Shown here: piece after piece, positions 14,095 to 27,310 of the stretch
Position numbering within the stretch: the stretch's first letter is position 1
Layout: the number at the start of each line of letters is the position of its first letter
Assembly (NCBI GenBank): GCA_964016885.1
Contig: OZ024741.1
Span: 193,750,001 to 193,814,000, forward strand
Source: Eledone cirrhosa
Lineage: Eukaryota
Direction: 5' to 3'
Length of the DNA stretch: 64,000 bases
Made by a program: the position numbers and the translations under genes
The notes under the pieces: generated by a model
What the model was told of the DNA's origin: nothing
Databases searched by the model: none
The model's input: the letters and a program-made list of their open reading frames with translations, nothing else

Positions 14095-14137
14095 GTCACT
14101 GAAGAGGTCACAGAATGTGCGACGAAAGAACTTTGAC
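14095..14137 (+). ncRNA. Minimal type I hammerhead ribozyme
   Basis: GTCA-CTGAAGA-G-GTC(ACAGAATGTGC)GAC-GAAA-GAACT-T-TGAC. Stem I is GTCA/TGAC and stem II is GTC/GAC plus ACA/TGT. Predicted cut after 14133. Confidence 0.65.
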
Positions 14138-14289
14138 AATATATGAACAATCGTCTGGTTGTGGAACCAACCAACCAGCCAACCGGAAATTTATAAATTC
14201 CTAAATTTATAAATTTAATTTATAATAAATTGAAGTGAAAGCAACTGGTGCGTGTGTTTCTTATTGGCAACATGACCCTCTCAAAGTAT

Positions 14290-14363
<74 letters not shown>

Positions 14364-14448
14364 GTATATATACATATATATATATATTTGGTGTGGGATG
14401 CTTAAGACGTCCGTATGTGGTAGGCCGTTTCTTATGTGATATATATAT

Positions 14449-14825
<377 letters not shown>

Positions 14826-15029
14826 AACAAAGTCAATCTGTAAACGCAGAAGTGGATATTTCAAAAAACGTTGCAACCGGAGGAAGACAGGAAGACGATA
14901 CTTTGGTTCGTGGAAACGTTCCCTGGCAAAGAACGGGAAAAAACGAATACAATACGTCATTAATAGGAGCGGTGAAAAACAATTACGAAGAGAAAGGGGA
15001 GTAGTGGGAAGGAGGGAAGGTTTAACATA

Positions 15030-15030
15030 C

Positions 15031-15100
<70 letters not shown>

Positions 15101-15444
15101 ATTTCTGTCTGTATATCTATGTACACCAGTGATCCGATCCTGATGAAACTTTACACATATGTTAAGCTAATATTCTGCAACAGGATTGGCTAATTGGATT
15201 TCAATAAATGGAACCCTTGGGGACATCTTTACAATGGAAGAGGAAAGAGAAGACATTTCAGTGAGAGAGGGAGAAGAGGAGATACTACTACTGTATGTTA
15301 AACCTTCCCTCATTCCCACTACTCCCCTTCCTCTTCCCACAACTCAGTCCTCCAAAACGAGGCAACAACTTATTAGAAATATACATAAAGAAATTTTAAA
15401 CAAAGCAGACGACAATCTAATTTTGATTGACGACTGAACAGATG

Positions 15445-15492
<48 letters not shown>

Positions 15493-16331
15493 ATCCACTG
15501 ATATGGATTCTGAATACGGTGCACACGCTTAGGTCACATTATGGTCAACTGCAGAAATCGGTGATAAGTTCCAAAAAAGTGTGATGATCAATGACCTGGA
15601 AGTTGGCTTACCATGAGATTAGTCCGAAGTATAAAACCCAAATCATATGTTGACAAATATTCGTACTCCTGACATGTTAATTGTAACATGCCATCTTTGA
15701 GAGTAGAGTTTATTTTGTCGATATTTCGATGTGTCGGATCGTGGGAAGATTAACACGAATTAAGAAGATGTAACTTCTTCCCCGTTATTGACACTTTGCA
15801 ACAGTGAATGTTACAAGGGGCTCTTAGGGCCAATACTTCTGATTGTTTATCCGACTTATTATGGTGTGTTTTCTCGGGTTATGTCTACTATAGGGGGAAA
15901 ACGGGATGGTTTTATTGAATTGCTTCAGTCATTCGAAGAGCTTTACAAGCGATGATATACAGGGTGCTTGAACAGTACCTGAATATGTTCACTCGGTTAT
16001 AATTTCTTCAATAATTGTGATGACTTCCTCAATTGTTCTGTTTGTTCTTGAGCGCTAAGGCAGTAAGTTTGCTATTCTTATACATAAGTTTGTTGAATAA
16101 CTTCGATACCCTTCGAGCTCAAACTTCACTCTGAATGAAGAAAGCTGGATGGAAGGACTTGACTTAAACAGTTATTGATAGTTCCACACAAAATATTTAT
16201 CTGCCATAAACACACCTACGGTTGCTATTGAAAATCCAGTATGAGCACCCAGGGTCGCTAGCATTTTCATGCGCACTCTGGGAACTGCGAATAACCCCAC
16301 CTTTCCCGGGTATTACCGGGTACTGTAGCTA

Positions 16332-16332
<1 letters not shown>
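15030..16332 (+). mobile_element. Interrupted non-autonomous Helitron; 3' end clear, 5' end tentative
   Basis: 3' end cccgggtattaccgggtactgtagCTAG|t shows a hairpin, CTAG and following T. The 5' region ctactatat...ctgtctgt...ccgatcctgatgaaactt resembles common Helitron 5' subtermini. Confidence 0.55.
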
Positions 16333-16393
<61 letters not shown>

Positions 16394-16437
16394 TTTATTG
16401 TACTGCCTCTCTGTTTTGTCCCTGTTCAAATTTTTCC

Positions 16438-16473
<36 letters not shown>

Positions 16474-17279
16474 ATTATCCCACTTATAACACCATACATT
16501 TAGTCAATCCGCCATCTTGTTTTGTTCAAGTTCGAAGCCCTTTCCTCACTTCCATAGGTATCATAGAGAAATTACCTTGATCCCGATAAGTCTAAAGAGA
16601 CATTTTAACCCTACACATCTTCGTTCATTCTCCAGCCAATTTCAAGGTGTATGCGCACATTTTATCGTGGCACCAGCACTAGAAAGGCTGCAATATCCCC
16701 AATAAGACTAAAGAATCCTCACTACACAGCGTTGTCTACACTTATTTCAGGCAACACGAAAGAGAAAGAACCGGGTTGAGAAGGTAAAAGAAGAAATAGT
16801 ATAATGGGAGAAACGGTGAATCAAACGAGATGGTAACAGAGGAGGGTAATGGAAAAAAGATAGTGGTAGACATGATGCTCGTTAGTTAGAAGATTTAATA
16901 GAAAAATAGCAGTGTGGTGAAGAAAGGTGTGATAAAATGAGTAATAATAAGAGAGAGTAATTCGAGTGAGATGGAGGGGTGCGAGAAAGAAACAGCTGGC
17001 TAAGAATAAAGAAGCGTGATGATAGAGGGAACTGAATACGTAGAGAACCAGTGCCGTCCCTCGTTACACAGTGGGCATGATGGGAGAGAGATAAAGTGTG
17101 GTGTTGAGGGAATTGGATATAGCCGGGCAACATATCATTATCATAGAAGATAGGGTGAGTGATAGATGAAATGGCAAGGAAATAGATGGTGACTTAAAAT
17201 GAGTATGATAGGCGACAGAGACTGGATGTAGATATTATACAAATGTATATATTATACATATTGCATGAGTTAAGCGCTT

Positions 17280-17560
17280 CTACTACACAGTGAATCGCTA
17301 TTCATTGCGGTCCTCTTTCATAGTTTTTATCCACTTCCAGTGCTGAATACTCCTTTATACAATTGACATCCTCCTTACGCAATACATACCTATACCAGTG
17401 CACTCTTCGCTCTTGCGTACTACGTCTGCTTTCCTCGCAGCTAATTTGGATGCTGTCGTATTTGTTCTCTAACATTACACATGCCCCTTTTTTATGCAAT
17501 CTCTTCACATTCAAATTCTGTTTCGTTGCTATGAAAAATTGTACCATACAATCTGAGAAA
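17280..17560 (-). mobile_element. Old RTE 3' fragment
   Basis: QERRVHWYRYVLRKEDVNCIK...LEVD...RGP matches the RTE C-terminus. Confidence 0.6.
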
Positions 17561-17799
17561 TAAATGAGTATGTGTGATATAAATTAAAACTAAATTTTGA
17601 ATTTAAAAATCGAAATTAAAAATGTTATAAAATGAATATAAAAATAGGTTTTCGTAGTGGAATATAAATATTTAGTATGAACATGTTAAAATAAGTGTTT
17701 CTGGAGAATTTAAACATTTGAACGATCTACACAAAACGGAGAGTTGTTTTGAATGAATAGTGTTGTGTTAAAGTAAATGTGATTATTTGTAGGAAGTCT

Positions 17800-18650
17800 A
17801 ACATTTGAAAAACGTGGGTGAAAGAACAGAGAATAAAATGAAGATTGGAGAAATAGTGTAGAAGTCTATTAGGGAGTGTTTGAATGTTTTGTATATTTTA
17901 TGATCGCGTGTAGAACACTTCTTGAACGTTTAGTTGTGAGTGTTTTTCTGGCGAATAGAATTGCATAGGCCTCAGCTGAGCACAAATTACATTGTCTCTT
18001 ATTTCTATTGTGTGACTTGGCGCGTGAGATGATTTTTTAAATTTCAATTGTTTTTTTTGTTTTTTTTTATTCCCTTTAAATGATGAAAGGGGGATACCTT
18101 TACTCTGTTTTACATATCTAAATGTATATTATGTTGATAGTATCAACATTTGAATGCACTAAATATTTCATGAATTTTTAGTCATTACTTTGTATTGATA
18201 AATAATTCCCCTTTCAAGGTATTTGACTCCAATGGGCAAATGATAGTAATGTCGCAATCCCGGTATTTATGTTTTTTTTTGGTTTATAAAGTTTCCGTAT
18301 GCTGGAAGAGGAAAATATGTGTACAAATTTATGGTTGGTAGAGTATGATAATTTTACTGTATTTTTCTTAAAGATTTTGTTATATTTATGAAGTGGATTG
18401 AAATGATTAGTCAACGCTTTGATATTAGTATTGCTACCGCCGGATTAAATGCCGTATTACATGTTCTGTTTTTCTATTGTTAGGTTGGTTATTGTTTTTC
18501 TGAATGTAAGGTATATTTTTTCATTCGTTTTTTAAAGAGATCATCTTTATATGATAGCATGTTGTTATCATATAGAGACGTAGAAATTTCTTCAATTTAT
18601 CAATTTATAATGATTAGTAATGCGTCATCGCCATAAAGACCACTTTCGAC
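17800..18650 (-). mobile_element. Decayed Penelope-like element (RT motif C, linker, GIY-YIG region)
   Basis: SGLYGDDALLII (compare GLYRDDGL), NHFNPLHKYNKIFKKNTVKLSYST (compare HKLHKIFNRNTVKVSYSC), CPL and CNLCSAE, in the expected order. Confidence 0.75.
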
Positions 18651-19449
18651 CTGTACTTTCAGTGTAAACTGTGTAACAGTGTCACCAGAACTGTGCACGC
18701 TGAGACATTGTTATCACTTTAGGGAGATCATCTGGGGCATTCCCACCAGTGCAGTGTACACTGCTTGAGATACTGTTACCAACACAGTCAGTTACATTGT
18801 TGCCAGTACAATATACATTATCACCTGTACATTGTAAACTGTCTGAGACAATATCATCTGTACAGCCAGCACACACTAAGACAATGTCACAGCGGTGTTA
18901 GAGGCACTGACACTGACTGAGACACAGTCTGTGTACACTGTCACCAGTACAGTCAGCATACACAGAGACAATGTCACCAGTACAATTAGTGTACCCTGTC
19001 TAAGACTCTATCACCAGTACAATGTACACTGTCTGAGACATTACCACAAGTACAATGTACACTGTCTGAGACATTACCACAAGTACAGTGTACACTATCA
19101 CCACTTTAGTGTACACTGCCTGACACACTGTCACCTCTACAATGTACACTCTCTAAGACAATGTAACAATCACAAAGAGCTATTATTTTCAGAATCCTTT
19201 GGGTTTATTAAATCTATACTATAATAAAGAGGGAGGAGTGCGGGACAGCTTCTAGAATATATTTTTAATCCCGTTAGTAAAATAAGTTGGATAATGATAA
19301 TAGATAATGAATGAATATTACATAATTTATCTACTAAATTTCGTAACAAATGATTAATCATAAATAATTTTATTGCATATTTCAAGATTCACTTCTTTTA
19401 AAGGATTCAAATTTCAATACTTCCGGTATATCACCACCACCACCACCAT

Positions 19450-19562
<113 letters not shown>

Positions 19563-19710
19563 ATATATATATATAATATATATATATATATATAGAGAGA
19601 GAGAAATGAAGAGATTAGGATGTTTTTCAACGTGCTGACGTGTATGTGTGTGCGTATGTGTATATGTGTGCGTACGTGTACGTGTGTGCGTATGTGCATA
19701 TACATACATT

Positions 19711-20470
19711 ACAAGCAGGTAATACATACATCTAGGACCACACACAACACACAAGCAGGTAATACATACATCTAGGACCACATACAACACACAAGCAGGT
19801 AATACATACATCTAGGACCACATACAACACACAAGTAGGTAATACATACACCTAGGACCACATACAACACACAAGCAGGTAATACATACATCTAGGACCA
19901 CATACAACACACAAGCAGGTAATACATACATCTAGGACCACACACAACACACAAGCAGGTAATACATACATCTAGGACCACATACAACACACAAGTAGGT
20001 AATACATATATCTAGGACCACATACAACACACAAGCAGGTAATACATACGTCTAGGACCACATACAACACACAAGCAGGTAATACATACATCTAGGATAC
20101 ACATACAACACACAAGCAGGTAAAACATACATCTAGGACCACATACAACACACAAGCAGGTAATACATACATCTAGGACCACATACAACACACAAGCAGG
20201 TAATACATACATCTAGGACCACACACAACACACAAGCAGGTAATACATACATCTAGGACCACATACAACACACAAGTAGGTAATACATACATCTAGGACC
20301 ACATACAACACACAAGCAGGTAATACATACATCTAGGACCACATACAACACACAAGCAGGTAATACATACATCTAGGACCACATACAACACACAAGCAGG
20401 TAATACATACATCTAGGACCACACACAACACACAAGCAGGTAATACATACATCTAGGACCACATACAACA
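19711..20470. repeat. 40-bp minisatellite, about 19 copies
   Basis: Unit acaagcaggtaatacatacatctaggaccacatacaacac, with one 41-bp variant near 20100. Confidence 0.95.
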
Positions 20471-20519
20471 AAAGGCAGGCGAAAGGGATGGACAATATCG
20501 CGGGGAGCACTGGGAAACC

Positions 20520-20950
20520 TCTCTAATAATTTCTGAGGCAAGCCAGTACCCTCGCACCATTACCTCGGGTGAAGGCGAGGCTGAGGTACTGGAACAACCA
20601 AGCACCTTCACAAGCTTCACCAATTACCTCTGTTAGGCAAGCCGTCAGTGAAGATAAGAATCTCACAATCAGTAGCCCGACTTCCACAGGCTGGATAATG
20701 TAGTTAGCCAACAGAACACGGTATTTTAGGATTTTGTTCTGTTTAGTTGCGGACTTTGTGGCTCTCGCTCTTACTGCTGCATCCAGGGTGTGGGAAGAAG
20801 TGAAAGAATCACTAACTGTGATGTCCCAGACAAGGCATCTGCCTCTTGACCAGGAGCACAGGGTAAGACCGTCAGGTCTTTTCCCATCAATTCTGGACAA
20901 CCCAGACGGTTTCAAAATTGAGGGGATGTTTGCCTGGGCCAAAGCTCTTC
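20520..20950 (-). mobile_element. CRE-clade restriction-like endonuclease domain (open 139-aa frame)
   Basis: [35 protein letters not shown]...[14 protein letters not shown]. Confidence 0.8.
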
Positions 20951-21209
20951 AGTGGTTACAGAATAGTGTGTGTATGTGCACCTGCATGAGTTTGTCGGCA
21001 TTCTTAAATTAGAGATGTGTGTGTGTGTTATATATGTCGGTGTCATATATATGTGTGTGTCATATATATATATATATATGTGTCGGTGTATGTGTCACCG
21101 TTTTTGAGTTAGAGACATATGTGTGTGTATCCCCTTCCTTCCTTTCACACACACATACATTCACACAAACACACACACACATTTTGTGACAGAAGTTGCT
21201 CAAATTTAT

Positions 21210-21850
21210 ATACATGTGAATGGAGTTCCACTGAAGCAGCAGGAGAAGTTCAAGTATCATGAGTGATGGAAGGCAGAAGGCTGAATTAAGTGCAAGAATT
21301 GCAAAAGCTGATGCAGTAATGCACCAGCCTCAGCATTCAGTAATCAGATAAGGGGTGGGTGGGGGTGTAAAAGCCAAACTCGCTGTCTTCCTGGTATTCC
21401 TGCCAACTCTTACCGAGGATCATGAATGTTGAGTAATGACCGAAAGAATACAATTGTAAATACAAACAGCAGAAATAGGGTTCCTCAGAAATGTCTTTGG
21501 AGTAACGTTACTCAATAAAGGGCATAGTTACGAGATCAGAGAGTCACTCCAGGTAGAGTCGCTACTTTTCCGGATTGAGAGATCACAGCTCCGATATTAT
21601 GGGTATGTGGTTAGAATGTCTCAGTAAAGAATCGCTGGACATATTTTACAGGCAAAACCAACCGGCAAGAGACCCAGAGGTAGACCTTGAGCAAGATAGT
21701 TGGATAACATCCATGAGCTTGGCTGGTCACGCTTTGGGATCCAGCTGGACCAGTTAGAGATGTTTGCTTCTGACAGACTCACTGGAAGGAGTGTTTGAGA
21801 AGGACTCTGCCCCCACGACCTTCTCAGAAATAAGTGGGCGAAGAAGAAGA
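21210..21850 (+). mobile_element. RTE LINE 3' fragment, second family with (GAA)n tail
   Basis: Homologous to the reverse complement of 40100-40700. Ends aagtgggcgaagaagaag. Confidence 0.8.
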
Positions 21851-22379
21851 TATTGTCAATTTACTTTTCAATTTACATATCATATCTATAAGCATATATA
21901 TTTGTGTATAAAACCAATACGCACACTACATATGCCAGCAGAAAACTGCCCAGCGGGCGGTTTTTCTGCTAGTGGTAATAATAAATTTACTTTATATTTG
22001 ATGTTAGCAGTACTTTATATCATTGTTGTCTTTCTATCTTTGGTCTCTATATTTAGCAATGTGACATTATTGCTTATATCCTTCCAGTCAAACTGTGTTG
22101 GTCTCTAGCTAATATGACACAAAGGTAACACCTACATAGCACCACCATAACAATACTGCTCTGTCTTTTCTGCAAGGTTGTGTAAGTCTCTAGTTAATGT
22201 GACACCACTGTGACACCAATGTAACATATGTGACACTAATGTAGCACCACTTCACCATCCTTTCTGCAGGGCTGTGTAGGTCTGTAACTAATTTGACATC
22301 GCTTTGACACCACTGTAACACCAATGTGACACCACCTCTATCTTTTCTACAAGGCTTTGTAGGTCTGTATCTACTGTGA

Positions 22380-24075
22380 CACTAATGTACCACATGTGAC
22401 ATCACTGTACCACATGTGACACCGCTGTACTGTCCTATTTACAAGACTGTACAGTACTGTAGTTAATGCGACACCACTGTACCACATGTGACATCACTGT
22501 ACCACATGTGACACCGCTGTACTGTCCTATTTACAAGACTGTACAGTTCTGTAGTTAATGCGACACCACTGTACCACATGTGACAACACTGTACCACATG
22601 TGACATCACTGTACCACATGTGACACCGCTGTACTGTCCTATTTACAAGACTGTACAGTTCTGTAGTTAATGCGACACCACTGTACCACATGTGACATCA
22701 CTGTACTGTCCAATCTACAAGACTGTACAGTTCTGTAGTTAATGCGACACCACTGTACCACATGTGACATCACTGTACTGTCCAATCTACAAGACTGAAC
22801 AGTTCTGTAGTTAATGCGACACCACTGTACCACATGTGACATCACTGTAGTGTCCTATCTACAAGACTGTACAGTTCTGTAGTTAATGCGACACCACTGT
22901 ACCACATGTGACATCACTGTAGTGTCCTATCTACAAGACTGTACAGTTCTGTAGTTAATGCGACACCACTGTACCACATGTGACATCACTGTACTGTCCA
23001 ATCTACAAGACTGTACAGTTCTGTAGTTAATGCGACACCACTGTACCACATGTGACATCACTGTACTGTCCAATCTACAAGACTGTACAGTTCTGTAGTT
23101 AATGCGACACCACTGTACCACATGTGACATCACTGTACTGTCCAATCTACAAGACTGTACAGTTCTGTAGTTAATGCGACACCACTGTACCACATGTGAC
23201 ATCACTGTACTGTCCAATCTACAAGACTGTACAGTTCTGTAGTTAATGCGACACCACTGTACCACATGTGACATCACTGTACTGTCCAATCTACAAGACT
23301 GTACAGTTCTGTAGTTAATGCGACACCACTGTACCACATGTGACATCACTGTACTGTCCAATCTACAAGACTGAACAGTTCTGTAGTTAATGCGACACCA
23401 CTGTACCACATGTGACATCACTGTAGTGTCCTATCTACAAGACTGTACAGTTCTGTAGTTAATGCGACACCACTGTACCACATGTGACATCACTGTAGTG
23501 TCCTATCTACAAGACTGTACAGTTCTGTAGTTAATGCGACACCACTGTACCACATGTGACATCACTGTACTGTCCAATCTACAAGACTGTACAGTTCTGT
23601 AGTTAATGCGACACCACTGTACCACATGTGACATCACTGTACTGTCCAATCTACAAGACTGTACAGTTCTGTAGTTAATGCGACACCACTGTACCACATG
23701 TGACATCACTGTACTGTCCAATCTACAAGACTGTACAGTTCTGTAGTTAATGCGACACCACTGTACCACATGTGACATCACTGTACTGTCCAATCTACAA
23801 GACTGTACAGTTCTGTAGTTAATGCGACACCACTGTACCACATGTGACATCACTGTACTGTCCAATCTACAAGACTGAACAGTTCTGTAGTTAATGCGAC
23901 ACCACTGTCACATGCGACACCACTGTACTGTCCAATCTACAAGACTGTACAGTTCTGTAGTTAATGCGACACCACTGTACCACATGTGACATCACTGTAC
24001 TGTCCAATCTACAAGACTGTACAGTTCTGTAGTTAATGCGACACCACTGTCACATGCGACACCACTGTACCACAA
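22380..24075. repeat. 72-bp satellite, about 22 copies, with higher-order structure
   Basis: Unit gtactgtccaatctacaagactgtacagttctgtagttaatgcgacaccactgtaccacatgtgacatcact. Degenerate related units extend left to about 22130. Confidence 0.95.
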
Positions 24076-25625
24076 CTGCCCTGTCTTCCTATTTTTGTTT
24101 TTATCACTTAGAGAGGGAAATAATGAGGAAGGTATCCTTAAACCCAAGAACTGACTTGAATGCTTGCAGATTAAGTCTGCAACCCAAACAGCCACAGTGG
24201 AATTTTAACTCAGAACTCAAGGAACTGAAATAAATACGACAGAGAATATTGTTCAATGTTGTAGTTGTTGTGTATTATGTGTTGACTGAAGAGAAAAAAG
24301 AAAAGTTAGTATTCACACACACCTTTTCTCTCTCTCTCACTACTCACACACACTCACCCTCATTCATTTATACAACCAATCCACTCATACAATGATTTTG
24401 ATCACAGATCATTTGGAGTAGGACAGACCTAGGGTTAAACAACAATGAACACATTGGATAATGTTGTCCTAGATATATAAAGATGTTATCATGGCTGGAA
24501 CACTTACCAAATAAGGGCTGACATGTAACTAAACAAATTAAAAAGGTGTCTAGTCAGTTTACTTCTTCTCGTAAGACATGAAGGCTTATATTTTAATGGG
24601 GACCTGGGTAGAAGATTTGAATCTGTAGACATTTATACCTTTCTACAGGTGAACAATGGTATGAGAAAAAGAATTAAGCTCATTTAGAAATCAACATTCT
24701 ATCTACATCTCAGCCCACTGAAATCTAATATCTTAATAAATTGACCCACTAATTAATTAGTAAGGTAAAAGGTCCATAAATCATGATGTTGTCATAGGGG
24801 TGTTCTCCTTACACCCTGTGTGTCTTGGGTATTTTAAATCTGGCAGAGCGCATGCTTCTCTGGGTCTGAACACAGTTGATTTCTTCCAAAGAAAGAAAGA
24901 GTGAAAGACAGAGAGAATCAACATCAGTAATGAACTGGTACTTTATTTATTGATCTCAAAAGGATGAAAGGCAAAGTTGATCTTGGTGTGATTTGTAAGC
25001 TGGAAAAAATACTGAAGCATTTTTAATCTGACACTCTAATGACTCTGCCAAGTTACCATCTTACTTGACTGGTTCTTTATTTTATTAAATCCAGAAGGAT
25101 GAAAGGCAAAGTTTACCTGAGTGGGATTTAAACTCAAAATGTAAAGAGCCAGAATAAATGATGTATGGCATTTTCCCAAGGCTCCAATGATTCTGCTAAT
25201 GCATGAAACATTAGCAAAACATTCTTGAAACGTATAAAACAGCACTATGACTGTATTTCATTAAAAATAAAAAATTTTCCTTAGTAAATCATTGCTGAAA
25301 AGTACAAAACATTTTCAGCTAAATCCTTGCAGGATTTTAAGAGTTAAACCATAAGGCCAGACATTTTGTGTGGAGGGTACATAACACCCTAGTACATAAC
25401 TGGTACACAATAGTACACAAATATTTGTGAATGAAGGAAAAAATTGCATCGATTAACACCAGCACACAACTGGTACACAGTAGTAATGAATTAGAAACAA
25501 AACAAGAAGGAGGTTACCATTAATAAAACGATCCCCGTACATGATTGGTAATTTATTGATCCTGGAAAAATGGAAGGCAAAGTAAACTGATTCTGCCAGC
25601 CACAACTTTTGTAATATTATTAATA

Positions 25626-27310
25626 ATAATTGTTTCTATTTTTGGCACAAGGCCAGCAATTATCCCAGTGCATTACTGGTACTTTATTTTATTGACCCCG
25701 TAAGGATGAAAGGCAAAGTTAACCTCGACGGGATAACCTGAACTCAGACCGTAAAGGGGCGTAACTAAGCTGCAAAGCATGGCGACCGACCCTCTAATAT
25801 CTTAACTATAATAAAGGAAGGTCTGCGGGATTGCGTGCAGAATATATTTTTTTACCCCGTTTGTAAAATAAGTTGGATTACTTTGAATAAATAATGAATG
25901 AATTTTACATAATTTCTGTGCTAAATTTTGTGGCTGTTGATTAAATATATCTTATAGCTTATTTAAAGATCTTTAAAATTCAATTCTTTAAAATTATCAA
26001 ATGTCAACACTTCCGGTTAGCGGCCGTTATATTATAATACTTATAATCGCATATATTTCCGTCGCTAATTTTCTCCTAATGCAGTTTATATATAATATCG
26101 TCTTTTTTTTTATATATCATGGATTACTGATTACAGAAGACAGTGTAACATAGGCTTTGTTCAATTTCTGTGTATATTGTCAATTACGATTTTATTTGAT
26201 GTATCATATTTACATGCATATATATTTGTGTATAATATCAATATACACACTACACATGCTAGCAGAAAACCACCCGTAGGGTGGTTTTTCTGCTAGTTAT
26301 TATTAATAATAATTGTTTCTACTATTGGCACAAGGCCAGCAATTACCCCAGTGCATTACTGGTTCTTTATTTTATCGACCCCCGTAAGGATGAAAAGCAA
26401 AGATAACCTCGGCAGGATTTAAACTCAAAACGTAAAGGAAGATAACTCTATGCTGCAAAACATGTTGTTCCATGCTCTACCCATTTTGCCAATTAGGCAC
26501 AATGCCAGCAATTTGTAGGGAAGGAAAAGTTGATTAAATCAACCTCAGTGCTGGTACTTTATTTTATTTACCCTGTAAGGATGAAAGGCAAAGCTAACCT
26601 CAGTGGGATTTGAACTCAGAGCTTGCCTGACACTCTACTGGCAATCTGCTACCCTAATAATAATAATTGTTTCTACTTTTGGCACAAGGCCAGCAATTAC
26701 CCAGTACATTACTGGTACTTTATTTTATCGACCCCGTAAGGATGAAAGGCAAAGTTAACCTCGGCGGGATTTGAACTCAGACCATAAAGGGATGTAACTA
26801 TGCTAGAAAGCATGGCGTCCAGCCCCTAATAATAATAATAATTGTTTCTACTTTAGGCACAAGGCCAGCAATTACCCAGTACATTACTGGTACTTTATTT
26901 TATCGACCCCGTAAGGATGAAAGGCAAAGTTAACCTCGGCAGGATTTGAACTCAGACCATAAAGGGATGTAACTATGCTAGAAAGCATGGCGTCCGGCCC
27001 CTAATAATAATAATAATTGTTTCTACTTTAGGCACAAGGCCAGTACATTACTGGTACTTTATTTTATCGACCCTGTAAGGATGAAAGGCAAAGTTAACCT
27101 CGGCGGGATTTGAACTCAGACTGTAAAGGGACGTAACTATGCTAGAAAGCATGGCGTCCAACCCTCTACCGATACTGCCAATTCAATAATAATAATTGTT
27201 TCTACGTTAGGCACAAGGCCAGCAATTACCCAGTGTATTACTGGTACTTTATTTTATCGACCCCGTAAGGATGAAAGGCAAAGTTAACCTTGGCAGGATT
27301 TGAACTGATT
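25626..27310 (-). mobile_element. Cluster and tandem array of Meta-like tRNA SINEs
   Basis: At least 7 same-orientation copies of aattgtttctac...ggcacaaggcc...gaccccgtaaggatgaaaggcaaagttaacctc..., mostly separated by (taa)n. Confidence 0.9.
25800..26296 (+). mobile_element. Compact non-autonomous Helitron, 497 bp
   Basis: A|TC...CTAG|T insertion with no TSD. Terminal palindrome ctagcagaaaaccaccc-gta-gggtggtttttctgctag at 26259-26296. Confidence 0.8.

Noticed and set aside
15141-15155. CTGATGA as a hammerhead core (also near 47425)
   Set aside because: No stem II with GAAA or stem I can be formed. The 15141 instance is part of the Helitron-like 5' region.
19711-20470. CRISPR-like regular 40-bp repeats
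   Set aside because: There are no unique spacers and no cas genes, and the context is eukaryotic.
22639-23865. Repetitive 24-aa-period ORFs
   Set aside because: These come from the 72-bp satellite. Variants introduce stops and there is no synonymous bias.
24790-24910. Apparent minus-strand exon (gttcag...gtaagg)
   Set aside because: It aligns with 11490-11600 (gttcaga...atttaaaatacccaaga), so it is a diverged interspersed repeat.
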